A program made the position numbers and the translations under genes. The notes under the pieces were generated by a model. That model was given only the letters and a program-made list of their open reading frames with translations, had not been told where the DNA came from and did not search any database. Of a stretch of 64,000 nt of DNA, positions 1 to 12,487 are shown piece after piece (within the stretch, counting starts at the first letter, position 1; each line of letters starts with the position of its first letter). The stretch comes from Pecten maximus (lineage: Eukaryota), in NCBI RefSeq assembly GCF_902652985.1, contig NC_047016.1, positions 53,754,001 through 53,818,000 of the forward strand. Reading direction: 5' to 3'.

Positions 1-142
1 AAACTTCAGTTTCCTAAAATTGAGCTTGCCTTTTCAAAGCCTACACATGTACAGAGCATGAGAGCAAAACCGGTACTAATTATAACCCTCATCTCCTTTT
101 TAAATTTTTACATCTATAATGAATTTATGAATAATATATTAC

Positions 143-274
143 ATGTTCCCTCCAGGAGTTGCGTGATTTCCTCCATGGCTGGCATGTCCTGTATTGCTTG
201 GTTGATCTTCTTCCTTATGACCGTCATGGCTGTGTGCCATTCTTTGTCGCAGTGACGGCGATTAATCAGCCAAT
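143..274 (-). CDS. CDK5RAP3: CDK5RAP3 (C53/LZAP) internal coding exon; gene continues left of the window
   Basis: Minus strand ttgtag|ATTGG...GGAACAT|gtaata, 132 bp, phase 1/1. Translates (D)WLINRRHCDKEWHTAMTVIRKKINQAIQDMPAMEEITQLLEGT, closely matching human CDK5RAP3 as I recall it (DWLVDRRHC..W...IREKINAAIQDMPESEEIAQLLSGSY). Confidence 0.93.
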
Positions 275-834
275 CTACAAACATTAACTCATCTTACAAA
301 TCTAAATACAAATCTATAGAAACCATGTCTTCATATAATCTTAAAAGAGTTGGATGGTCCAAGCCACCACATCCAATGCATGCAAGGTCTTCAACTCTTG
401 TTCTTAGATTTATGAACTTTTGAATGTGGTATAGCTCTAGAGTCTCCTGTGTACTTGGGGAGGAAAACTTTGATAACTCTCAGTTTATCTTTAGGTATAT
501 GTATTTGACACCCCAGAATTAGTTTTGACTCTTGGAATTGCAAAGGTGTCTACATGACATAGTTTTTGACGACCATTCAGATTTGTGATTTAATTTTTAA
601 ATTAGCTTAATATATATCAGAGACCAACAGAAAGCTTTTGGAGAAGGCCTAGGATGTGATAAAACTGGCATGGGTTGATCACTACTTTATAGGTTTGGTG
701 AAGGTCTAGGGAGGAGTGTGATTAAACTGGTCTAGACTAATCACCAGTTTACAGGTTTTAGTTTCCGTCTAAATATTACATTTTCTCTATTTATCCTGGT
801 AAAAAATTAACTAACCCTTGCAATTTTTACTTAC

Positions 835-907
835 CCAATAATTTGTTGAAATGTATGTCAATTGGAATGTTCTCTGCTGCAGATGTTTGATTTTGCGAGG
901 TTGCCAT
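835..907 (-). CDS. CDK5RAP3: CDK5RAP3 first coding exon
   Basis: ATG at 907 gives MATSQNQTSAAENIPIDIHFNKLL+G|gtaagt (73 bp, phase 1), which splices in frame to 274-143. PIDI..KLLD matches the CDK5RAP3 N-terminus. An acceptor ttttag| at 931-930 implies an upstream non-coding exon. Confidence 0.9.
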
Positions 908-1243
908 TTTTGTATCTAACTGTTGATATCTAAAACGATACAGATGTTATCTCAAATTATTCGTGAGTAAATATAAACACTGCCCGTTCAGATATGTTTA
1001 ATGCTTTGAATTATTTGAATATACAAATTAATCTTAATTGGTTAGTTTTTGGTAACGAAGACTTGGCTTTGGATGTAAATGATTATGTGTTCGAAAATGT
1101 GCAGGTTTTTATCAAATCCAGCAAGAAATTTAAAACATGCAAGTCTGTCTTTATATCACTATTTACATAATTATGTAAAATTGACTTATTTAAACATTGA
1201 CTCTGTAAATGTCGATGTCATCAATTGTGTAAAATGTTTTGTT

Positions 1244-1463
1244 TGTTTTTGTTTTTTGTTTAACGTCCTATTAACAGCCAGGGTCATTTAAGGACGTGCC
1301 AGGTTTTAAAGGTGGAGGAAAGCCGGAGTACCCGGAAAAAAAACCACCGGCCTACGGTCAGTACCTGGCAACTGCCCCACGTAGGTTTCGAACTCGCAAC
1401 CCAGAGGTGGAGGGCTAGTGATAAAGTGTTGTGACACCTTAACCACTCGGCCACCGCGGCCCC
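1244..1463 (-). mobile_element. tRNA-derived SINE (V-domain-like), full length
   Basis: Minus strand GGGGCCGCGGTGGCCGAGTGG (A box), GTTCGAAAC (B box), GGTTTT..CCGGGTACTCCGGCTTTCCTCC core and (AAAC)n tail. 12-bp TSD AAATGTTTTGTT at 1232-1243 and 1464-1475. Confidence 0.93.
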
Positions 1464-2039
1464 AAATGTTTTGTTGATAGGAGATGGCTTCATAAGTTGG
1501 CATAACTTGTGCCAAATCCTTTTTGCCTATTTTGGACAATAAATATGTTTAAAGCAAAAAAAGACACTTAATGGTTATCGGTACCATAGGATACCTAATA
1601 AAATTATATAGGTCATTTTACAATAATTTTCAACTCATCAAAACATTAGGCTATTTCTGGTAATGTATCATTTGTGTATATATATAAATATCGTAGCCTT
1701 CAATATATTATCAGTATTTTAGTTACATGCACAGAGAAACAGTAATCAGCACAACATATATACCGTTCAGATATATTAGCCGAGACCTAGTTAAGGTCAT
1801 ATGTGACATCAGATGTGAGTATACAATAAAAAAAAGTGTAGCTGTCATGTTTAGGGCCATGACCGCTACTGTTGTTTCCAGTATGGGCTGTTATGTGTTT
1901 CATTAACACAGCTATATCTTATTAATATATATAACATTCATAAAAATTAAAATGCTTAACAAATAAAAATGACGTACCCACTTACACTTTACCTCTATTT
2001 CACCACCAGCTGTTCAGTTTTCAACGTGTTGTTTACTAA

Positions 2040-2210
2040 AAATATCTACCTTCCGATTGAAGAGCTCTTACTTTCGGCGCGTTCGAATAAAACTTCACAA
2101 TGCATTCGAATATAAATGTTTACAGCTACCGGTAAATCCGCGGAAATTCTCGCGAATCCATGCTGGCACTGGTTGGCCGTTCAGTTTATTTAATTGATAG
2201 GCTAATTGTC
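2040..2210 (-). promoter_or_regulatory. Possible CDK5RAP3 promoter / non-coding first exon
   Basis: Locally CpG-rich patch with CGGAA (ETS-like) and TCTCGCGA motifs (2141-2156) and a possible donor AAG|gtagat near 2050. The assignment is inference only. Confidence 0.35.
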
Positions 2211-3366
2211 GTGTAGTTATGCACATTCACTGTTAACATTTCTATAGGTACAATGTAGTTGTTTTTACTGTTTCACCTTATATATTTCCAAAGTTTGGCC
2301 TGGATTCAATATTCTATTCAGTTTTAGTACCGTAGAGTACAACGACAAAAAATACATTCTGGTAAACAGTGTATGTAAGATCACAGCATGAATCAAAATA
2401 AATAATTGTCCTCTATAACATAATGGGTTTATGAAAAATTACCACAATGATAATTTTGACACGATAAAAATAAGAAATTGTTCGTATCAAGGGCGTAGCT
2501 GCCATCTGAGACTTGTATACGTCTCTGCTGCCATGTAAATATAAACCCGGTCATGCACATCATTTGCCTACACTGTACGTACACATCTCGATCTGTACGT
2601 TTGTATGTGTATTAAAGTCGAGACATTTTAACCTTCGACTTTTGTTCTTAATAGTTAAACATTTTGAGTCGTCAGATTATGAAGCTATAGGTACATATGT
2701 GTATGATATACATCGACTCATCCTGATAAATATTCTATCATAATGATAATTGTGTTTCTGTGAAAAGTTCTCTGTATGAAATTATGAATTAACCTTCATC
2801 AAAAGAAGTTACATTCATTCAGTTTTCTTCGTGAATTAAAAGTACACTAGTACATGGTTTTTATACCAATATCGATGAATTGATGGACCAAGATCTCGAA
2901 TATAACGACACGATCGTCTTGATTTAGTTATAAATTTAACTTTAAAAAATTGAATTGGTCGATAGCCCATGCTGCTGAAAGAGTAGGCGATGGTATCTCT
3001 GGAATGACGTACAGTACCAATAACCGAATTTCCATCTCGTGTCCGCTTCAGTTTGTCACGGTATCAAGTGTAAATACAAGTAAAATGTTTTCCTTGTCTG
3101 ACATAATACTTTCTTTTTGTTTGTAACCTTTCTTACAAACGTGGATGAACCTGTGACCGACTATATAGGGTGGTACTATTAATTGTAGCTACTCTCAACA
3201 TATATATATATATGCTACAGTGCCGATAATCTATACACTGCAAGTCACAAACCATACATAAAACTGCACACACTGATTAAAATCTGTCTAATTAACACCA
3301 ACAAATGACAAAAATGATAATAGTGTCCTACTAATGATCATGTTAAGACCCAAAGTTATATTCCAC

Positions 3367-3466
3367 CACAGGTGCCTGACTCGTTTTATAAAATAATAAC
3401 ATGTAGAGTACATATAAATATGTACTCTACATGTTATTATTTTATAAAACGAGACAGGCACCTGTG
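3367..3466. repeat. 100-bp near-perfect palindrome
   Basis: 49-bp arms (CACAGGTGCCTG...GTACATAT / ATATGTAC...CAGGCACCTGTG), 2-nt loop, one mismatch. Confidence 0.95.
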
Positions 3467-5534
3467 ATTCCACCCATAGTGACCTGTGATGTTGATATTT
3501 GATTGGCAGACGAGTCGATGACCATTATGAAAATAGATAGAGTGTATACATGTACATGTATAGGCGACAGTTTAGAATGATGCCGGAGACTTGTTCCACT
3601 GACGAGCCAGTCGTGAGGGGTAAGTGGTAAAGTCGACGAGTACAGGTATAAGTGTATACGAGATTTGTTTTTCCTGTGTGATAAAAGCAGTTATTTTTTG
3701 TCAGTGTGTTGTTAATGTGAGCATTTGTACTCAATGTACCGAAACATACATACATGTACATGTACCTTAGCGCAAGTGGGTCGCCTAATTTGCGTGTCCC
3801 ACGAAAAAGTCGACGCGACAGGTTGGTAGAGGCGCGCGCGGAGCACGAAAGAATTTCTACGGGATGTGATTAATCATTTTCCCACTTTAGATTTATAAGA
3901 TAAAATTAGAAGTTCAAACTGTTTGAGGGTTGTAATAGCATGAAGTTTTAATATAGGGTATTATATAGCAATATACAACAGCATATCCATTTGTTAAATC
4001 GATCATAATTACTATTTGTCGGCACTTTAGATTGACGATAAGTTCCGAAAAAAAAACTGGATGTCAAGTAGGTTCCGAAGGCAAATTATTCGTTTTCTTT
4101 GTGTGAAGAAAAATAAATACCCGAATGGATAAACAAAATTAAGACACCAATAAAATCACTTCAATTACGGGATCCTCCTCATTTCGCCGACATTGTTTTG
4201 AGAGCGTGTGTCATTTTTTACTATCAAACCTTGAGCCGAATCCTAGATTTTTCAGCTATATGATTTAGATATGAATATTGATTCATTTTACACGTGCACA
4301 TTTGTGTATACAACCAATAATATACTAATGATATTATTTTCAGACATTTGCACCGATAAGTACACCATACTCAGTTAAATAATTTTAAAGTAAAATACAT
4401 TTAAACTAAATTGAATTGAAACAATTAACGATTTATGTTTTTACTTTAAGGTATTTTGTGTTTTTCCCCGGAGGTTTGTGCGGGTTACATGTGAAAATAT
4501 CGACAGAATGACCAATTGTCTTCGTTGTCTGTTTCTCCTGACCTCGTCAACAATGATAAATAACATTGATGCATTAATTCATTCAACAAAAAAATATCAC
4601 AGTAAATGTTATATAAATATTATCGGGTTTGTAGGTGGTTTGGTTTTCTGTCGTAAGATTCTGGTGTAATATGTATCAGTTCACACATTGTTTCACATCA
4701 TGTATAAAGGGAGATATATTTAAAATAATTATTGAGCGCGTGAGAAATTATTTTATAAAAGACTCATTCAGTGCAGAGACCTATATATAAAAATAAAATA
4801 TATAGGTCCCTTTTCAATGAGAAAAAAAATGTACTAAGGTTGACCTCGGAGAGCCTATAGTGTTAGCGGTCCTTCAAAAAATAAATAGCGTCGAACTTAT
4901 AATGAAACCACTTATCATTTCTGCGATATTTACTTCCTTTAATAAATTGGTATTATTCTATTTTACGATATAGGCGTGATACGTTAAGCCCTTATAGGCC
5001 GTTTCAATAAAATATGTTCCCCCGTGTCAGGAGACTTTAAAAAACTCACACAATAGTTTCGACTGAGGCATTGTACATATAAACCCCAGGGGTTAATCTC
5101 AGAATCGCCAGCAAGATTTTTTTAATCAAATTGTTTTCATAACCCGGATGTACATATGTATATTTCGATAACTATTATCATGAGCAATAAATCGAGGTCA
5201 TGTCAGGTGTTCAATATAAAAACCTCGTATCTTTCAATCATCAGTGACTTGCTTTGACGATTAAATGCTCGGAAATTTACACCGTAACTATAAACATCAA
5301 CATTTGTATAGTGTAACTATAAACGAGAGTGGGTTTAGAGCTGTCCAATCAGATTATTTCACACTTTAATTGCAAGCTTCCATTTTCACTTAATTTGTCT
5401 CGAATGTGTTAGATTAACGTATGTTTATAAAACCATATATAACAGGTAAACTTCGCGACAAAACATTGACCATAATGATACTAAAAACTGTAACTCGTAA
5501 TTAACATAACTCCATTATCCACAGGTATATCGTA

Positions 5535-5748
5535 ATGGCTCTCAGTTTTAGACAACATATAATCAGTCGGTGGACTTGCTTGGTGTTATGTGCCCTTGGA
5601 TTTCTGTGTTACTGTGTGGCATTCGTTATTCCGTATTGGACTTATATCCGGACGGACGGTCACATACTCCAGTATGGAATATTCACAGTCTGTATCATTA
5701 CAGCACGAAGCCAGGCGTGTGGAACAGTCTCACCGGAGTCAGTCAACG
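5535..5748 (+). CDS. Claudin/PMP22/EMP-superfamily tetraspan protein, coding exon 1
   Basis: Acceptor ccacag at 5519-5524, ATG at 5535, TM1 followed by a W-x-YGIF-x2-C-x8-C signature like the claudin W-GLW-C-C motif; donor G|gtaaga (phase 1). Confidence 0.85.
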
Positions 5749-6681
5749 GTAAGACATGATATTTTATCCAGAAACTCGTAATCCGAACAGGATTTTTTTT
5801 TTTTTTTTTTTTTGATAATCCGGAAATCTTTTATGCCAGTTACTTTATTTCATTTTTGTATATATCTGGAAATACGTGCTACAGTTTTATCTTTACCAAT
5901 TTGTCCTTTTTATCCTCATCTAGTGTATACTTTATGTACGTGGTGAATGTATTGGTTTATCTTTATAAGTAAGGAGAGAAAATAAAAAAGAAATAAGAAG
6001 ATCGTAGATAACACAGCTGTTTGACAATACATGATATAAATTAGTTTGGTAAACCGTATAACGATATATTCTTCAGTCGGACGAACTGTTATAATTCACA
6101 TGAATGGTAATTAATACTTTCAGAGAAACTGTTCTTGCTGTGTAAACCTTTCTTTTTTGTTTCGTGTATTTGTTTCTCGTGATTTTATTCAGACGGTGAT
6201 AAATATACCATTTTTATGAATATTTCAGCAATGTTTCATAATTATGGAACATATCGTCCTCATATATCTGTACTCTCGTTCTTAGTTCTTCGTTCATACA
6301 CAAAATATCAACTCGATCACAATTTTCTATTTTCGTGTTCTTGACTTGAATCAAATGAGATCATGAAAATGAATTTCTCATGAAATAATAAAAACAGTGC
6401 ACGCTCTCAATAACTAGCATACTCGCGTAAACCGATAACATGATTTATATATTAATTAATAAGTAATGAGATTATTGGGGTTTTTTTTCTTTCTTTTTTG
6501 TTACTTGTTGAAACATTCGGAGTGAGGTTTCTATAAAAAAAACTAGTGTGTGTCAATATAAAAAAACGGTATCTAGGACGGAAATGTCTATTGCCATTAG
6601 AGTATTCATTGACAGGTCATTTACTTAGTTTAAATCCCAATTTAATTCTGGATTTATTTCACATTTGACAAATGTATGTTA

Positions 6682-7290
6682 ACGACACACCTGAGTGACA
6701 TGTAATATGTATGATTACGACACACCTGAGTGACATGTAATATGTATGATTACGACACACCTGAGTGACATGTAATATGTATGATTACGACACACCTGAG
6801 TGACATGTAATATGTATGATTACGACACACCTGAGTGACATGTAATATGTATGATTACGACACACCTGAGTGACATGTAAGATGTATTATTACGACAACA
6901 TACATACTACAGGTCACTCAGGTGTGTCGTAAACATACATACTACAGGTCACTCAGGTGCGTCGTAAACATACATACTACAGGTCACTCAGGTGTGTCGT
7001 AAACATACATACTACAGGTCACTCAGGTGCGTCGTAAACATACATACTACAGGTCACTCAGGTGTGTCGTAAACATACATACTAGATGTCACTCATGTGT
7101 GTCGTAAACATACATACTACAGGTCACTCAGGTGTGTCGTAAACATACATACTAGATGTCACTCATGTGTGTCGTAAACATACATACTAGATGTCACTCA
7201 GGTGTGTCGTAAACATACATACTAGATGTCACTCATGTGCGTCGTAAACATACATACTAGATGTCACTCATGTGTGTCGTAAACATACAT
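6682..7290. repeat. 35-bp minisatellite with an internal orientation switch
   Basis: ~6 units of ACGACACACCTGAGTGACATGTAATATGTATGATT, then from ~6897 ~11 units of the reverse complement. Confidence 0.95.
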
Positions 7291-7312
7291 GTACATACTT
7301 CATGTTTTACAG

Positions 7313-7459
7313 GTCTGTTCGTGGCCTCTCAGGTTTTTGCCACACTGGCTCTACTCTCCTATTTTGTGTCTATCGCCAGTTGTAGCCTGACCTTTTGTGG
7401 GCCCTACCCATGGAGTCGTTACTTCCTATTCGTGTGTGGAGGATCGGCTTTGGTCACAT
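7313..7459 (+). CDS. Claudin/PMP22-like protein, coding exon 2 (TM2 and start of TM3)
   Basis: ttttacag|GTCTG...ACAT|gtaagt, 147 bp, phase 1/1; encodes LFVASQVFATLALLSYFVSIASCSLTFCGPYPWSRYFLFVCGGSALVT. Confidence 0.85.
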
Positions 7460-7688
7460 GTAAGTCCATGGCTTTATGGCGTTTTTACACGTCTCTCATC
7501 TGTAATAACCACCATTGTGTAGATATAAAATAGTATGGTTTCTTTCACTGCAACCGCAATCTAATTACATAGTAGACAATAACAAGTCCTATACCAGAAA
7601 GAAAATCCAACTACGCCATTAAGTAATGTCGGGTAGAAACCTACCTTTCCCTTCATCAGACTTGACGAAGGAAATTCTAAAGCGAGTG

Positions 7689-7933
7689 GTTTGTTTGGGG
7701 TTGTTTTTTGTTTTTGTTTTTTGTTTTTGTTTAACGTCCTATTAACTGTCAGGGTCATTTAAGGACGTGCCAGGTTTTGGAGGTGGAGGAAAGCAGGAGT
7801 ACCCAGAGAAAAACCACCGGCCTATGGTCAGTACCTGCCAACTGCACCACGTAGGTTTCGAACTCGCAACCCAGAGGTGGAGGGCTAGTGTTAAAGTGTT
7901 GGGACACCTCAACCACTCGGCCACCGCGGCCCC
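7689..7933 (-). mobile_element. tRNA-derived V-type SINE
   Basis: Same family as 1244-1463; flanking direct repeat TAAAGCGAGTG at 7678-7688 and 7938-7948. Confidence 0.92.
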
Positions 7934-8475
7934 TCATTAAAGCGAGTGCCACAGACACTGTACGACGTTTATCATATACCCAAGAAACACACAAACCCAT
8001 AGATACGTGTAGCAATGACAAGTGTGTTGGTGACCACACGAAGTTTAAGTTAGTGCTACTTTAAAAGAGACAGCGCAAGTTGAAAAACTTCCAATTCGGA
8101 AATTTTAAGTAGATATATACGTGTCTGTAATCTGAAATTGTTTCTGAAATATCCTCAAAACATTACAGAATGCTTTAACTTGCACTGTCGCCTTTAAGTT
8201 TAAAGCCACCTGTAAGAGTCATTGGAATCTTAACTGAATCTGATGGGGTTTTAGTATATTTGTGCCCAGTGTTATGATGGTTATGAATATTATAGATGAT
8301 GACGATGATTTTTTTTTAACTTGGTTCTTGAAGTCTTTATCATATTCGACTCCGGTGACTTTGAAAACAGTTCAAGGTCAATTATTAAAATGGAGAAACT
8401 TTAAAGCATTGCATAGCAGGTACTTTCTAACCAAACATCAGCAAAATTTCAATACTTTTTTTTTTTATTTTGTAG

Positions 8476-8960
8476 CCCTATTTGGTGGAATCATGACGGC
8501 GCTATACATCATGTATCATTTGGGGATGACGTCATCGCGACAATATGGATTTTACATAGCTACCGGAAGTCTTTCCCTGACATTGATCATCGGAGTTTTT
8601 GCGTTACTTGTCGGTAAAGCTACAACACGTCCGAAGGCAAAAATGTCGAATGAAAACTATCTAAGTCCGATGTTTGTCAAAAAATCGCGGAGATCGAAAT
8701 CACATCCATCAACTTCAGCCGCTCCTTCTACATCTTCAGCCAGCGTGAAAGTTACCTCCCCTTTCAGGGTTTCCATCACGGAGCCAGTGACGTCACCACA
8801 CGACAGGAGGATGACGGTTTCCACAATACACGGTTCATTGGAGTCGTATCCAGCCGAGGAGGCTGTTTCTACATCTCAAATCGGGATACCGATTTTCAAA
8901 CAAACCTCACGAAACAAAAGAAATGTGAACGGACGTGCTCGCGGATTAACAGATTTTTAG
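8476..8960 (+). CDS. Claudin/PMP22-like protein, last coding exon (rest of TM3, TM4, Ser/Thr-rich tail)
   Basis: ttttgtag|CCCTA acceptor. The three exons sum to 846 nt (281 aa + stop) in frame. YGFYIA motif before TM4; C-terminus ...GLTDF. Confidence 0.85.
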
Positions 8961-9315
8961 TGCAGCAATCATAAAGCATTCATGATGACCGCGAACGTAA
9001 GAAGTCACGTGACAAGTTTATACTGACACCTGTTGGTGTAAATCTTCTGACACTGATATTGATATTGGTATCTTATGATTTCAGGGCCAGATGGTATTGG
9101 CAGTCCTTTGAGCTCGCATGTCGATCGCTAAGAGTAGATGTCTGGACAGTATATTCTGCTATTAGACATTAATATACGTCGATTCGATTTCAGATGTCAT
9201 TTTAACACTTTATCAGCTATCGCCAAACGCTAAATGTTTGTTTGTGTTTAACATCTTTGCTACAGCGATTTGTAAGGTCAAATGACTACAGACCCGTGTC
9301 GGAGATCCGGACACC

Positions 9316-9792
9316 TATGGCAAGCCGTTTTAACATTTAATCCCATTTCCTCTTAAGGGGATGTTTTTTCACTTAAGTGAAAAAGGAATTTCACTTAAGT
9401 GAAAAAAAAACATAATGCAAATAATTTATTCACCTTAAGGTGAAAAGAATTTCACTTAAGTGAAATAAAACATAATGCAAATAAATGTTAATATCCCTTA
9501 AGACAAAAAGAATTTCACTTAAGTGAAAAAAAATTATGTGCACACATAATGCAAAATACTTGTCCCTTAAGTGAAATTCTTTTCATCTTAAGGTAAATAA
9601 AACTGACCATATGTCCATAAAGTCACTCTGTCCTCCTATCCTACCCATGGTATAATGGAATGAACCCCTTGGACCTGTCAACTAAGAAACAGCGTGAGTA
9701 AACTTTAACTTTGATACGTTCTTATCACTTATCATAAGGGAAATAAATAAAACATATATTTAATGGAATTAAAACATAAGTGAGGCGACACC
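9316..9792. mobile_element. Copy-1-specific segment with repeated TTTCACTTAAGTGAAA palindromes (MITE-like)
   Basis: Absent at the paralogous site (~31545), bounded by GACACC direct repeats, begins TATGG. Confidence 0.5.
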
Positions 9793-10097
9793 ACCAGAGA
9801 ACAGAAGGACCGAGGAGAGAGGAAGGGAAGAACGTGATCAAGTTCCATGTGAAATGAACAGAAACTGATCGTTTTGTTGGGCAGTAAGGAAGTCTGAAGA
9901 ATTTTATACCCGATGTAAATGTCACCAGTTTGAAATATATCATTTCCTGTTATATATACCGAGTGGGTTGACTCATGGGGTTATAACACATTGCTACGGG
10001 AGACCTTGGCTACTATCAACAATAAATCTATACAGTAGTCCTTCTATAAATCTGTTAATGGATTATCATTTGTGTAACTATATATCATAAGGATTTT

Positions 10098-12487
10098 TAT
10101 TGTACTGATACACGTGTTTAGTGCACCGATACACGTGTTTAGTGCACCGATACACGTGTTTAGTGTACTGATACACGTGTTTAGTATATTGATACACGTG
10201 TTCAATGTACTGATACACGTGTTTAGTATATTGATACACGTGTTCAATGTACTGATACACGTGTTCATTGTACTGATACACGTGTTAAGTGTATTGAAAC
10301 ACGTGTTTAGTGTATTGATACACGTGTTTAGTATAGTGATACACGTGTTTAGTGTACTGATACACGTGTTTAGTGTACTGATACACGTGTTTAGTGTACT
10401 GATACAAGTGTTTAGTGTATTAATACACGTGTTTAGTGTACGGATACACCTGTTTAGTGTACTGATACACGTGTTAAGTGTACTGATACACGTGTTTAGT
10501 GTACTGATACACGTGTTTAGTGTACTGATACACGTGTTCAATGTACTGATACACGTGTTCAATGTACTGATACATGTGTTTAGTGTACTGATACACGTGT
10601 TTAGTGCACCGATACACGTGTTTAGTGCACCGATACACGTGTTTAGTGTACTGATACACGTGTTTAGTGTATTGATACACGTGTTCAATGTACTGATACA
10701 CGTGTTCATTGTACTGATACACGTGTTAAGTGTACTGATACACGTGTTTAGTGTACTGATACACGTGTTCAATGTACTGATACACGTGTTTAGTGTACTG
10801 ATACATGTGTTTAGTGTACTGATACACGTGTTTAGTGCACCGATACACGTGTTTAGTGCACCGATACACGTGTTTAGTATACTGATACACGTGTTTAGTG
10901 TATTGATACACGTGTTCAATGTACTGATACACGTGTTCATTGTACTGATACACGTGTTAAGTGTATTGAAACACGTGTGTAGTGTACTGATACACGTGTT
11001 TAGTGTATTGATACACGTGTTCAATGTACTGATACACGTGTTCATTGTACTGATACACGTGTTAAGTGTATTGAAACACGTGTTTAGTGTACTGATACAC
11101 GTGTTTACTGTACTGATACGCGTGTTTAGTGTACCGATACACGTGTTTAGTGTACTGATACACGTGTTTAGTGTACCGATACACGTGTTTAGTGTACTGA
11201 TACACGTGTTAAGTGTACAGATACATGTGTTTAGTGTACTGATTCACGTGTTTAATGTACTGATACACGTGTTTAGTGTACTGATACGTGTTTAGTGTAC
11301 TGATACACGTGTTTAGTGTACTGATACACGTGTTTAGTGTACTGATACGCGTGTTTAGTGTACCGATACACGTGTTTAGTGAACTGATACACGTGTTTAG
11401 TGTACTGATACACGTGTTTAGTGTACCGATACACGTGTTTAGTGTACTGATACACGTGTTAAGTGTACAGATACATGTGTTTAGTGTACTGATTCACGTG
11501 TTTAATGTACTGATACACGTGTTTAGTGTACTGATACGTGTTTAGTGTACTGATACACGTGTTTAGTGTACTGATACGCGTGTTTAGTGTACTGATACAC
11601 GTGTTCAATATACTGATACATGTGTTTAGTTTACTTATACACGTGTTAAGTGTATTGAAACACGTGTTTAGTATACTTATACACGTGTTTAGTGTATTGA
11701 TACACGGGTTTAGTGTACTGATACGTGTTTAGTGTACTGATACGTATTTAGTGTACCGATACACGTGTTTAGTGTACCGATACACGTGTTTAGTGTACTG
11801 ATACACGTGTTAAGTGTACAGATACACGTGTTTAGTGTACTGATACACCTGTTTAGTGTACTGATTCACGTGTTTAATGTACTGATACACGTGTTTAGTG
11901 TACTGATACACGTGTTTAGTGTACTGATACACGTGTTTACTGTACTGATACGCGTGTTTAGTGTACTGATACACGTGTTTAGTGTACTGATACACGTGTT
12001 TAGTGTACTGATACACGTGTTTACTGTACTGATACGCGTGTTTAGTGTACCGATACACGTGTTTAGTGTACTGATACACGTGTTTAGTGTACTGATACAC
12101 GTGTTTAGTGTACCGATACACGTGTTTAGTGTACTGATACACGTGTTAAGTGTACAGATACATGTGTTTAGTGTACTGATTCACGTGTTTAATGTACTGA
12201 TACACGTGTTTAGTGTACTGATACGTGTTTAGTGTACTGATACACGTGTTTAGTGTACTGATACACGTGTTTAGTGTACTGATACGCGTGTTTAGTGTAC
12301 TGATACGCGTGTATAGTATACTGATACGCGTGTATAGTATACTATTACACTTGTTTATTGTATTGATACACTTGTTTAGTGTACTGATACACGTGTTTAG
12401 TGTACTGATACACGTGTTTAGTGTACTGATACGCATGTATATTATACTGATACACTTGTTTAGTGTACTGATACACGTGTTTAGTGT
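10098..12487. repeat. 21-bp minisatellite (TACTGATACACGTGTTTAGTG), ~110 units
   Basis: Directly visible tandem array; source of the spurious ISTLNTC / VLIHVFS ORFs. Confidence 0.97.

Noticed and set aside
1284-1539. Recurrent small ORFs (…PPPLGCEFETYVGQLPG…, …WLRC…PGTSLNDPG)
   Set aside because: Translations of the dispersed SINE, not a protein family.
8262-8475. N-terminal part of the 232-aa ORF 8262-8960
   Set aside because: Intronic read-through upstream of the acceptor at 8475; not open in copy 2.
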